Positions 51,297 to 60,622 of a stretch of 64,000 bases of DNA are shown here, one piece after another. How positions within the stretch are numbered: position 1 is the stretch's first letter; every line of letters starts with the position of its first letter. The position numbers and the translations under genes were made by a program. The notes under the pieces are model-generated. The model saw only the letters and a list, made by a program, of their open reading frames with translations, had not been told where the DNA came from and searched no databases. Location of the stretch: NCBI GenBank assembly GCA_049968255.1, contig JBMFRB010000003.1, positions 320,998 to 384,997 on the forward strand. Reading direction: 5' to 3'. The stretch comes from Candidatus Sumerlaeaceae bacterium. GTDB taxonomy: Bacteria; Sumerlaeota; Sumerlaeia; Sumerlaeales; Sumerlaeaceae.

Positions 51297-52067
51297 TTAT
51301 GGACGAAGTCCGAACTCTGATTCCACGCCGGCGATCCCAAAGAAGTAGATGATGTCGTCGCGGTTGTTGACCCCTGCCAGAGTCTCAGGCACGCCGTCTC
51401 GCCCGTAGCTCACCACCGCGTAGCGCTGAAAGTTTCGATCGTCACTCGATGTCAAGGCACCGTCGCTGAACGAGTACGAAAGGTTTGTAATATTGAGGTT
51501 CAGCGCGTTCGTGCCGATGATCCCTAATGGGGAATAGAAGCGATACGGCTGGCCCCACGGATCGAGGGGGAAGTCGAGTCGCACTTCCGTCGTGTCGATG
51601 AAATTGATATCCTTCGGATCCTGGTTGCCTGTGTAAACGCGATGGTAACTAATGAAGGGACCCCCCCAGTGATCAATCATATCACGGATGCGAGGGTTGG
51701 GGCTTGTTGAGCTCAGCCGCAGCTGATTTCCCTGCTGATCCTGGGGACGAATCAACGGGTTGATGACAAAGAGTTGACCGCCGGGCTCGTTGCGAATTGT
51801 GTCGCCTTGAATGGTGAGGTTCTTAGGATGGGGTAAATCCGAGAGTACCTGGAATGGCACGTAAAAGCCATGAATCATCGCACACTGTTCCTCAGCCATG
51901 GCAATTTCGCGGCATTCTGCCATGGCCAGCCGAACACGCGCATCCTCCATCCGGTTGATGTAGACTGGGACCGCAATGCTCGAGAGCAAGCCAATGATGA
52001 GCATCACGACCAGCAGCTCCGTGAGAGTTAGTCCTCGATTATCTTTCGTATGCCTGTGCCACCACAT
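51297..52067 (-). CDS. GspG-like pseudopilin 2
   Basis: G|LTLTELL, WGGPF, DPWGQPY, SYGRDG, DDIIYF. Confidence 0.82.
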   Translation of the reverse strand: MWWHRHTKDNRGLTLTELLVVMLIIGLLSSIAVPVYINRMEDARVRLAMAECREIAMAEEQCAMIHGFYVPFQVLSDLPHPKNLTIQGDTIRNEPGGQLFVINPLIRPQDQQGNQLRLSSTSPNPRIRDMIDHWGGPFISYHRVYTGNQDPKDINFIDTTEVRLDFPLDPWGQPYRFYSPLGIIGTNALNLNITNLSYSFSDGALTSSDDRNFQRYAVVSYGRDGVPETLAGVNNRDDIIYFFGIAGVESEFGLRP

Positions 52068-52090
52068 AGTTATAAAACTCTCCTTTTCGC

Positions 52091-52822
52091 CTAAAATTGG
52101 CGATACAAGTCGTCGCCCTGTCCAAAGAATGGTTCTGCACTTCCGGAACCGTTGCCGGGTACCCCATTCGGTCCGAGGCTCAAAATTGTGGGGCGATCAA
52201 AACGCAGAGTCGTGTAAGAGTTGCCATCCTGCCCCACGAAGGTGGTCGAGATCACTCCGTCGCGGTCGTTGACTAGACCCTCTTTTGTGAAGAAAAGGTA
52301 TGGGTGGCCCCACGGATCCAGCGGTAGACCGGCAGGTTGCCCCGCAACAGGATTTTTCAGACCTGATTTACGCGCCACGTTTACGTAGGGGCCGTTCCAG
52401 TTGAAAGCCGTCTCGTTCTGCGCCATTCGGTCAAAAATTCCAACACCGCCTGGCACGAACGTCCCATTCTTCGTGTCAATAAAGAGCAGCTTCGGATTCG
52501 CCACATCAGTGCGTAGCCCTTCATCGCGGATTCCATCCACGCGATCCGTTGTCAAACTCGACGAGGGAATACCGTCGCCACCACTGACGTCGTCGAGGAC
52601 ATAGAGCCGATAGAAATACCCCGTATCGATCGCCGCGTGTTGCTGGGCTGTTTGCAAGGCCTCGAGGTCTTGCTGGCATGCACTTAGTCGCGCCTCATCC
52701 GCACGCGTCACGTAAACAGGGATGATAATTGCCACCAAAATCCCGATGATGATCACCGATATGATGAGCTCAATGATGGTGAACCCACCGTTACTAAACC
52801 TATGAGCGTTCCATTTTCGCAT
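52091..52822 (-). CDS. GspG-like pseudopilin 3
   Basis: G|FTIIEL, DTGY, WNGPY, DPWGHPY, SLGPNG, DDLYRQF; TAATG overlap with the upstream gene. Confidence 0.82.
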   Translation of the reverse strand: MRKWNAHRFSNGGFTIIELIISVIIIGILVAIIIPVYVTRADEARLSACQQDLEALQTAQQHAAIDTGYFYRLYVLDDVSGGDGIPSSSLTTDRVDGIRDEGLRTDVANPKLLFIDTKNGTFVPGGVGIFDRMAQNETAFNWNGPYVNVARKSGLKNPVAGQPAGLPLDPWGHPYLFFTKEGLVNDRDGVISTTFVGQDGNSYTTLRFDRPTILSLGPNGVPGNGSGSAEPFFGQGDDLYRQF

Positions 52823-53625
52823 TAGAATCTCACCTCGAGATCGTCGCCCGTGCCCAACACATCATCGTTGGGGTCATTGATGTTTGCACCTTCCCGCACC
52901 AGGTTCTGGCGGATGAATGCCTGACCGTTTCCTGGCAATCCATCGGGACCCAGGGAAAAGATAGAACAATAATTGTAATTCGACTCATTGAGAGGTGGGA
53001 AAAAGAGGTAAGGGTTGCCCCACGGGTCGACGGGAATTCGGTTCTTGTCGCTGTCGTAAAGATTTGCGTTGCCACCCCCGAATCCGCCCAGAGGGATATC
53101 GCGAATAGGGGAGTATTGCCCCCCATTCACGGTTCGCAACAGCGGCGAACCGCTTGCGCGCAGCTCCCCGTAGGTGATTGTGCGGTTCATTGTCACATAC
53201 GGTCCCTTCCATTTTGGGCTTGCTGTTGTTCCTGCCAGTGCATACCACTCCTGCAACGTCAGGTTGCGTGGCGAGCGATTATCAGCGCCCGGCACGTAGA
53301 CCAACGGCGGGGTTTCAATTGTCACGCCACTCCAGCCGGCCGGCAAGGGGTTCGGCGCGTTGTTGATCACGTTGTCAAGATCCTCAAGGCGGAAATAGAA
53401 CCCCGTGTCGGCGTGCGCCATGATTTCTGCTTTCATGAGGCTCGTCAGATCAGCTTGCGCAGCGGCAATTTTTGCTTCCTCCACGCGGTTACGAAACAGC
53501 GGGATCACCATGAGGGCGAAGATCGCGATGACCGTCGCCACCATAGCGATTTCCATCGCCGTGAAACCTCGCTCGCTCTGCCGGAGCTGCCACCTGTTCA
53601 TTTTTGGCATCCAGTGTCGTTTCAT
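52822..53625 (-). CDS. GspG-like pseudopilin 4
   Basis: G|FTAMEI, DTGF, WKGPY, DPWGNPY, SLGPDG, DDLEVRF; start uncertain. Confidence 0.82.
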   Translation of the reverse strand: MKRHWMPKMNRWQLRQSERGFTAMEIAMVATVIAIFALMVIPLFRNRVEEAKIAAAQADLTSLMKAEIMAHADTGFYFRLEDLDNVINNAPNPLPAGWSGVTIETPPLVYVPGADNRSPRNLTLQEWYALAGTTASPKWKGPYVTMNRTITYGELRASGSPLLRTVNGGQYSPIRDIPLGGFGGGNANLYDSDKNRIPVDPWGNPYLFFPPLNESNYNYCSIFSLGPDGLPGNGQAFIRQNLVREGANINDPNDDVLGTGDDLEVRF

Positions 53626-53650
53626 GAGACTTGTCTCGTTCCTTCCGAAC

Positions 53651-54481
53651 TCAAAACTCCACATAACGATCGTCCGATCCCGTTTCGCGAATCCGTGGCC
53701 CTAGCGTGTCCACTGCCCCTGCCAAAGGATCGATGAGAATCATGTTCAGTCGACCGTTTGGCGTGTTGTAGGGATTCGCTGCCGATGTTGGGTCGGGGCC
53801 AGCCTGAAGAAGTTGGAACACCTTTGGATTTCCCGTATCATTATAGAGACGGTAGGCTTTTCGCTGATTGACTGCAGCCGGATCGGGCATGTCGCCCAGA
53901 CCCGGCACACGGTTACGACCGTAGCTTACAATTCCCGCAAACTCATTTGGCTTTTCGCCGGCGCTCCAGATGAAGCGGTGGCGAATGGGATTACCGCCCG
54001 ATGGCGGGTCCGTCGTCACAAAATAGGCCACGTAGGGATTGCCGAAAGGATCCGCCGGCCAGTCGAACTCACGCGTGATCGAGTTGCTCACAAACTGCAT
54101 TTTTACCGTGCGGTCCTGCGAAAACGCGGCGTAAGGCCCTTTCCACTGCTTGAAAAGCCGCGCCTGGAGGTCCCCTACGGGAAGTGAGTGATACTCGAGT
54201 GCGTCAAAGGCCATCCCCGTGAGCACGGAAACGAGATTGGTCGAGTTGAAGCGCAAAAAGCACATTTTTGGGAAAAAGCCCATGTCCTGCTGTGCAAAGG
54301 ACATCGCTGTGGCAATCTGGCGGCATTCGGCCACCGAGGCTTTCTGCTTGTTCAGCGTGTACTGCGTTTCGATGCTGAAGATGAAGAGGCCGGAAAACAA
54401 CGCGATGAGCGCTGCCACAATGAGCATTTCCGCAAGCGTGAAGCCCTTTCGTGAGTAGCGCCCTGTCGAGTGTCCCCGCAT
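53651..54481 (-). CDS. GspG-like pseudopilin 5
   Basis: G|FTLAEML, DMGFFP, WKGPY, DPFGNPY, SYGRN, DDRYVEF. Confidence 0.8.
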   Translation of the reverse strand: MRGHSTGRYSRKGFTLAEMLIVAALIALFSGLFIFSIETQYTLNKQKASVAECRQIATAMSFAQQDMGFFPKMCFLRFNSTNLVSVLTGMAFDALEYHSLPVGDLQARLFKQWKGPYAAFSQDRTVKMQFVSNSITREFDWPADPFGNPYVAYFVTTDPPSGGNPIRHRFIWSAGEKPNEFAGIVSYGRNRVPGLGDMPDPAAVNQRKAYRLYNDTGNPKVFQLLQAGPDPTSAANPYNTPNGRLNMILIDPLAGAVDTLGPRIRETGSDDRYVEF

Positions 54482-54516
54482 TATCTTTCTCTGAATCCTT
54501 TCTCGCCTCGAACCTA

Positions 54517-54546
54517 CTGATATGACGCTTGCCTCGTGCGTGTCAA
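54517..54546 (-). promoter_or_regulatory. Possible sigma70-type internal promoter for the five pseudopilins
   Basis: Perfect TTGACA (54546-54541), 18-nt spacer, weak -10 TATCAG. Confidence 0.3.
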
Positions 54547-54663
54547 CTTGGCCTTCGTCCTGCTTCGGCACGTGTGTGCAAGGTGCAACCCGCACCACCC
54601 CTCGCGCCGCCGAAGACACAGCACACCGGCCCGCTGACGTCGCACTATTCACATTGGCCTTTT

Positions 54664-56844
54664 TCACCACGAATTCTCCGCGAAGTGAATGATGCTACAG
54701 GGGCGAAAATCAAGTCCAAGAATCCAGTAACACCTTACCTGGGGCAACCACGCCGACTTTTTCTCACTGCTCACCTTGGAGGGTGTCTGGCTAACGACCT
54801 CAAATGCCAGACTTCCTACGCAAACCTGGTCCAAGAGTTTCGAAAGGGCCGCCGCCGCACTTGTGTCGAATATGCCTTGCGCAGCAACAAGGTTGGCAAA
54901 ATCGCTCAACCGCGCAAATGGCACAAGCCCAGCTTGATAGTAGCCTTGGCGATAATTTTTAAAATTGCTCACAAATTGCGGCGTGATGAGCTCGACCCCA
55001 CCACTGCTTCCGTCCAGCCCCCAAAGCGCTTCAGGAACACATGTGTTGACGTTGAGTTTGCCGTACGAGTGGAGGAGAGTCGAGTTTGGATAATCACCGG
55101 CGCCGCGCACCGCGGATCGCGTGGCGAATATGTCCACAAGCCGCGCATCTAGATTCGTCGCGTCCGTTTGCTCAAGTTTTCCCCCCGATCGCTGCTGCCG
55201 GCCGATTTCTGGAAGCTGCGCCAAATGGGGAACAAAACGCTTTACGCTGCTGTTTCCACTCAATCCTACGTACGAGGTCGGAATGAGGAAAAGATGACCC
55301 AGTCCAAATTCCTTCCCTGACCGGACATCGCGCCGCAGCGCCTCAATGCTTCGGAGCAATTCCCGCGCTGGGGCCGTGCGATCTGCTGCGTACTGATCAA
55401 ACGGCGTGGCCTCCGCCACAATGAACGCTCGCACCGTCGGATCGACCCGCTGGTAACTCTCACGGCTATCTGCTTTCGCGCGATCTGTGTAGCTAAAAAT
55501 ATCAATGAGCTGCCCGCGCTCGTTCACCAGGGTGACGAACGAGTTCTTGTTGGGCAGCTCCAACGCCGCCGACTGGATGACACGCCGGTTCGTTTCATCC
55601 CCTTTTCGGCCAAAAATCGCGAGAAAGCAGCCCGTGCCCGGCTCGCTTTGCGGTGCAGGCACATCATACTGATCAGTAACGATGAGGTAACCGTTGGGAG
55701 CAATCTGCCCTGTCAGCGCTATCATGGCCGAGCCGAGTAAGCCGTTGGCTCCGCCACTCACAACGAGTCGCCAGCCCTCCACAGAGACCGGCTCGGCCCA
55801 AGGATTGTAGAGTTCCACAAACTGGCCCTCATCACTACCACGCGTGACAGAATCGGGATACACTTCCGTGATGAAGGGTGTGCGTTCGATGCCGAGCAAA
55901 TCATTCCAAGGCTCCGGGTGCTTCGGGTCGGAAAGCCGAGAGGGGACGTCATCGTCGTCGAGCACATCTGCAAGATTCACAGCATATTGTCGCAAAAGCC
56001 GGTCTTCCTTATCAGGAAAAGCAGCCGCCAGCACAGCATAAGCTTTTTCGGCCGTGAGATCTTTGAGCGAAATTTTCTCCGCGATGGCGGGAGGCGTGCT
56101 TTTCCCGACGACCGCGCCTGCCCCCACGTTCTGACTCTCACTTGCCATAGAGAAAACCGTGACGTAGGGCGCGAGCTTCGCCACTTCGTCACGTGTGAAA
56201 AGTAGCGGGTTGTCACTCGTCGCGACGAGTTGTTCGATGTGCTCGATCCGTCGGAATCCCGGCGGAGGAGCAACCCTGAGATCGAGGCACGCTGTTGTGG
56301 CCCAATCCTGAAATGCGCCGCGCCACTGGAGCATGGCCTGGGCTCGGGTAAGCGCCGTGCCGTTCGCCATGTCTTGCGGCATCACGGCCAGCAAGAAGCG
56401 CGCAAAAACATTTGCGTCGCGCACGGCGTTGAGGTTCAGTCTACCCGACAGGTCGCTAATTTGCAGGTCATAAGGACGCGGCACGGCGTCATCGGCACGC
56501 CCACCTCGCTTCACCCGGACTGTTCTCGACTGTTTGGGGGCGCGGCCCTCTTTCGTCACCATACGAGCCTGCGCCCACGGTTGAAGCAGGTGGGTGACTG
56601 AAGTGGCACCTTCCAGATATCCCAGAGCCTCCGACAACGTCCCCCGCACCGCAATCGAGGTGCTGATCACTTGCGCAGAGTTCTGGCTCGAGGCAAGCTC
56701 CATCCGCACCGACACAGACAACGCGGCCGCAATCAGGCCCAGGAGAGCCAACAGTGCAAGAACCACGAGAAGCGTGGACCCACGGGAGGTCCCTCCTCTC
56801 GTGTGTGGCAAGTGCCCCAATATGAGCGTCCAGCGTCTACGCAA
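54664..56844 (-). CDS. GspK/PilX-like minor pseudopilin with inserted lamin-tail-like domain
   Basis: RG|STLLVVLALLALL (no E5), SGRLNLN and GKLNVNT, LAPYVTV, DVLDDDD; LTD-like ITEVYPD..QFVELYNP..GWRL..IAPNGYLIV; TTG start. Confidence 0.72.
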   Translation of the reverse strand: MRRRWTLILGHLPHTRGGTSRGSTLLVVLALLALLGLIAAALSVSVRMELASSQNSAQVISTSIAVRGTLSEALGYLEGATSVTHLLQPWAQARMVTKEGRAPKQSRTVRVKRGGRADDAVPRPYDLQISDLSGRLNLNAVRDANVFARFLLAVMPQDMANGTALTRAQAMLQWRGAFQDWATTACLDLRVAPPPGFRRIEHIEQLVATSDNPLLFTRDEVAKLAPYVTVFSMASESQNVGAGAVVGKSTPPAIAEKISLKDLTAEKAYAVLAAAFPDKEDRLLRQYAVNLADVLDDDDVPSRLSDPKHPEPWNDLLGIERTPFITEVYPDSVTRGSDEGQFVELYNPWAEPVSVEGWRLVVSGGANGLLGSAMIALTGQIAPNGYLIVTDQYDVPAPQSEPGTGCFLAIFGRKGDETNRRVIQSAALELPNKNSFVTLVNERGQLIDIFSYTDRAKADSRESYQRVDPTVRAFIVAEATPFDQYAADRTAPARELLRSIEALRRDVRSGKEFGLGHLFLIPTSYVGLSGNSSVKRFVPHLAQLPEIGRQQRSGGKLEQTDATNLDARLVDIFATRSAVRGAGDYPNSTLLHSYGKLNVNTCVPEALWGLDGSSGGVELITPQFVSNFKNYRQGYYQAGLVPFARLSDFANLVAAQGIFDTSAAAALSKLLDQVCVGSLAFEVVSQTPSKVSSEKKSAWLPQVRCYWILGLDFRPCSIIHFAENSW

Positions 56845-57062
56845 ACTTGATTACCAGCCTCGCGAATCCAATGCCCAGTCTATAGCAACCTCAGCGAGTT
56901 GTAAACTTGGCCCCGAAAAAAGTTGTTCCTCTGACCAAGGCCGCGAAATGCATTTTCCGCAAAGCACCAAACGCAAATGCAACGAAATAAGCGGCCTCGG
57001 CTCCCCCCCATCATGAGGCTGTGTCACTCATCAACATTTTCCGCCCCTGGACTGTACGCTTT

Positions 57063-57084
57063 TTTGAGTAACCTTTGAGTAACC
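57063..57084. repeat. Perfect 11-nt tandem direct repeat TTTGAGTAACC x2
   Basis: Read directly at 57063-57073 and 57074-57084, just upstream of mnmA. Confidence 0.8.
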
Positions 57085-57087
57085 TTG

Positions 57088-58257
57088 ATGATTGACCTTG
57101 GTCGCCATATCCCACGCGGAGCGCGTATCCTCGTCGCAATGAGTGGCGGCGTGGACAGTTCGCTTACTGCTGCGCTGCTTCAACGCGCCGGTTTCGAGTG
57201 TGTGGGCGTGAACATGCGCACGCACTCACTCGAACCTCTGGACACAAGCCCCCGCAAGTTTCAAACGTGCTGCTCGCCAGAGGACGCGCGCGATGCTCGG
57301 GCCGTCGCCGATGTGGCACGAATTCCTTTCTATGTGCTCGATCTAGAGCGCGAGTTCGAGCAGGCGGTGATTGAACCATTCATTCGCGACTATGCAAGCG
57401 GCCGCACGCCCAATCCTTGCGTACTCTGCAACAACTCCCTCAAGCTTGGCGTGTTGCTGCAGAAAGCTGCAGGTTGGGGGTGCGACTATGTGGCAACGGG
57501 CCATTACGTGCGCGTTGTGGAAAATCCCGCTTCAGGGCGAATGGAGCTGCGGCGCGCCGCCGACCGTGCGAAAGACCAGTCCTATTACCTCTTTGGGCTA
57601 CGGCAGGAACAGCTCCGCAGGCTCATTTGTCCGCTGGGAAGCCTGACCAAGCCGCAGGTCCGCGAACTGGCCCGCGAGCTGGGACTGCCTGTCCATGATA
57701 AGCCCGACAGTCAGGAGATATGCTTCGTCCCTGGAGGGGATTATCGCCAATTTCTTCGCAAACGCGGCGTGGAAGCTGCGTTTCGCCCTGGGCTCATCGT
57801 TAGGCGCGATGGCACTGTGCTGGGCCAGCACGAGGGGATTGCTAACTACACCATCGGGCAACGCCGCGGCCTCCGAGTCACCTACCCGGAGCCACTCTAC
57901 GTGATCGAGCTCGATCCGGTGCGAAATCTCGTTGTCGTAGGCACTGCCGAAGAAGCATTTCAGAGTGAACTTCTTTGCGGCGGATTGAACTGGGTTGCCA
58001 TGGAAGAGCCGGAAAAGGCCTTCCCTGCCCAGGCCCAAATTCGCTACCGGACCCGCCCCGCAGAAGCGATCGTCGACCCCCCACTCGCAGGCTGTTGCCG
58101 CGTTCGTTTTGCACATCCTCAGCGCGCAATCACACCAGGGCAGGCAGTGGTCTTCTATCGCGACGACGTCGTGCTGGGCGGGGGGTGGATCGAGACCACC
58201 GGCTTACCATCGCCATTCAGTGTTGCCACACGCGTGGCCCAGGAGGGAAATCTGTGA
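57088..58257 (+). CDS. mnmA: tRNA 2-thiouridylase
   Basis: AMSGGVDSS, TPNPCVLCN, ATGHY, KDQSYYL, DSQEICF, YTIGQRRG, AITPGQ. Confidence 0.95.
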   Translation: MIDLGRHIPRGARILVAMSGGVDSSLTAALLQRAGFECVGVNMRTHSLEPLDTSPRKFQTCCSPEDARDARAVADVARIPFYVLDLEREFEQAVIEPFIRDYASGRTPNPCVLCNNSLKLGVLLQKAAGWGCDYVATGHYVRVVENPASGRMELRRAADRAKDQSYYLFGLRQEQLRRLICPLGSLTKPQVRELARELGLPVHDKPDSQEICFVPGGDYRQFLRKRGVEAAFRPGLIVRRDGTVLGQHEGIANYTIGQRRGLRVTYPEPLYVIELDPVRNLVVVGTAEEAFQSELLCGGLNWVAMEEPEKAFPAQAQIRYRTRPAEAIVDPPLAGCCRVRFAHPQRAITPGQAVVFYRDDVVLGGGWIETTGLPSPFSVATRVAQEGNL

Positions 58258-59081
58258 TCAAGTGCGACTGCGAGCAACGCCCCCACTGCACATGCGAGAA
58301 AGGGATCGTCTGTGCGAAGAATCTCGGATTTCGTCGTAACGGTAACGTTGTGCTCCGCGGCATTACGTTTTGTCTCGACGAAGGTGTGTTTCTTGGCCTC
58401 ATTGGTCCAAACGGTGGCGGCAAAACCACTCTGCTTGAGCTCATCGTCGGTCTTCTCACCCCAACGGAGGGCTCTTTGGAAGTTTTCAAAATGCCGCCAA
58501 CACAGCTGGGCCCGAAGCGGCAATGGATCGGCTACGTTCCGCAACGTCATCAGATTGATCCACGTTTCCCTGTCACCGCGCTCGATGTCGTTCTCATGGG
58601 AGCAATCCTAAACGTGGGCTTGGCGCGCCCGTATCCACGCGAGCTACGTCAACGCGCGCGCGACTTGCTCGAGCGCGTGGGCATCGGCGGGTTGGCCGAC
58701 CGTCCCATCAGCCAGATGTCAGGCGGTCAGCAGCAGCGCGTATTCCTGGCGCGCGCCCTCATCACGCAACCGAAACTGCTCATCCTCGACGAGCCAACGA
58801 GTGGCGTTGATAGCTTGGGCCAGCAGCAGTTCCTTCATTTGGTGCGCAGCCTGCGCGACGAGCTTGGTCTCACCATCCTCATGGTTTCACATGATGTGGC
58901 GCAGCTTGCGTATTACGCGGATCAGATCGCATGCCTCAATCGGACCTTGCATTGGCACGATAAGGCGAGCTTGCTTACTGAGCACATCGTGCGTGACGTC
59001 TATCAGTGCGAACTTGATGCCTATGTCAAGCGGGTGCGGGAGTTCGGCGGTCCCAAAGAAGAAGAAGAAAAAGCTTCCTAG
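58254..59081 (+). CDS. Metal (Zn/Mn) ABC transporter ATPase, ZnuC-like
   Basis: GPNGGGKTT, IGYVPQ, FPVT, MSGGQQQRVFLARAL, LDEP, SHD; GTG start after AGGAGG. Confidence 0.88.
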   Translation: MIKCDCEQRPHCTCEKGIVCAKNLGFRRNGNVVLRGITFCLDEGVFLGLIGPNGGGKTTLLELIVGLLTPTEGSLEVFKMPPTQLGPKRQWIGYVPQRHQIDPRFPVTALDVVLMGAILNVGLARPYPRELRQRARDLLERVGIGGLADRPISQMSGGQQQRVFLARALITQPKLLILDEPTSGVDSLGQQQFLHLVRSLRDELGLTILMVSHDVAQLAYYADQIACLNRTLHWHDKASLLTEHIVRDVYQCELDAYVKRVREFGGPKEEEEKAS

Positions 59082-59147
59082 CTGGGCGTTCGTACCGATT
59101 TACTCCTAGGCAATGCCGCTGCTATTCTATTCGAGGAAGAGTGCCAT

Positions 59148-60491
59148 ATGATGGCGACAACACATCGATCAGCTGCGTTTCTCTGTGTGATGATGCTTGC
59201 ACTCAGTGCTGCGTGGGCGCGTTTGCCCGAGGATGGGCTGGCAAAAGCTCAGGAAGCGGAACGGGCGCTCAAAGCAGGCGACCCGCAACATGCGATTGCA
59301 CTGCTCGTCGAGCTTGACGCCACCTACCCCAACGAACCAGCCGTGAACCTCCGGTTGGCGGAAATCTATGATCAGCAGGGACAACCGGGAGCCGCTCTTT
59401 ACTACTATCGCCGCTACGTGCAGTTGGCTGGCCAAGCAGCACGGGCCACAGCCAAGGAGCGTGTCCAAACACTGGAAATGACAGCGGGAGCCCGCGAGGC
59501 TGCCGACGTCATTGCCAAGCGACTCGGTCAAAAGGTCAGGGCCGTAAGCACGCCAACACCTGTCGTGCAGCAGGCCATCGAAAAACTGCTGCCCGATGGG
59601 GCTCGCGTGCGCGTGGATTCGCCCGAAGAACTTATGAGCGATAAGGTGAATCCGAAAAAACTTGTGGCTCCGACTCCGGAAACATCCCAACATCCGCTGG
59701 CCAAGGCCGAAGTGATCATTCGCGGATCTGATGAAACAACGGCCCCGTCTGTTTCGTCGCGTCGCACGCCCTCGCCTGTGTTTACTCCGCCGCCCATTGC
59801 CCACCAGTGGCCGGATACCCAAACAGCAAAACCCACCTTAGGACCAAATGAAGAAAACGAGACGCCGCGTACATCCGAACCCGTTCCGCAGCCGGTCTCC
59901 CCGAATGCTCATGACGAAAAGTCCGACCTAAACCCGCACGCACAAGCCGCTTTGATCCAGCCTAACAAAGTCAGCTCAACAAAAACAATACCATCGAGCC
60001 AGGACAATCAAGGCGAGGGTCGCAGCTCAAACAGAATAACCATAGAGTTTGCTCCAGCTGAAAGAACCTCATCAGCGAAGCCAAGAGCAGCCGCGTCAGC
60101 GAGTAGCCCTACCAACAGCGCAGAGGAGTCTGCTCCAACAGCGTCACCTTACGTTCGCCTTCCCCTCAGCGATCCAGCTAAATTTTTCCTTGTCTATCCT
60201 AGCGGTGGCGAAAAAGCCCGCCTGAGCCTTGCAAACAGCTTCCGCAATGCCGTGGTGGTTTTTTCCGCTTTGCCCGCGACTGGGGGGGAGCCGGTCAATG
60301 CTATTGTCGGCCCAGGAGAAACGCGCACTTACGAGGTGACTCCCGGGCGCTATGCCGTCCATACAAAAATCACCGATGATAGCTATCCGCCTGTCACGCT
60401 GCTTGACACACGTTTCGACTATGAGTTCCAAAGCGGGATGAGTTATGCCCGCCGGTTCAGCGACCGCGAACGCACAGGCGAGCTGCGCTGA
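59148..60491 (+). CDS. Exported protein: N-terminal TPR, Pro/Ser/Thr-rich linker, C-terminal beta domain
   Basis: Signal peptide, TPR-like helices, long low-complexity linker. Confidence 0.68.
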   Translation: MMATTHRSAAFLCVMMLALSAAWARLPEDGLAKAQEAERALKAGDPQHAIALLVELDATYPNEPAVNLRLAEIYDQQGQPGAALYYYRRYVQLAGQAARATAKERVQTLEMTAGAREAADVIAKRLGQKVRAVSTPTPVVQQAIEKLLPDGARVRVDSPEELMSDKVNPKKLVAPTPETSQHPLAKAEVIIRGSDETTAPSVSSRRTPSPVFTPPPIAHQWPDTQTAKPTLGPNEENETPRTSEPVPQPVSPNAHDEKSDLNPHAQAALIQPNKVSSTKTIPSSQDNQGEGRSSNRITIEFAPAERTSSAKPRAAASASSPTNSAEESAPTASPYVRLPLSDPAKFFLVYPSGGEKARLSLANSFRNAVVVFSALPATGGEPVNAIVGPGETRTYEVTPGRYAVHTKITDDSYPPVTLLDTRFDYEFQSGMSYARRFSDRERTGELR

Positions 60492-60622
60492 ATAGGCCGT
60501 TCGTGTGTTATGGTTTTAGAGCCTCGGCCGCCCGTTCAGTCGGGGGGCTCATGCTTCACTTGACTCCGTGTTTCTTGCGCAGCAAATGCGTCGCGTACCG
60601 AAATCGCGATGGGGAGGACACA

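Noticed and set aside
50644-54481. Pilin antigenic-variation cassettes or diversity-generating retroelement target
   Set aside because: All five genes are full length with signal peptides; no long near-identical DNA repeats, recombinase or reverse transcriptase seen
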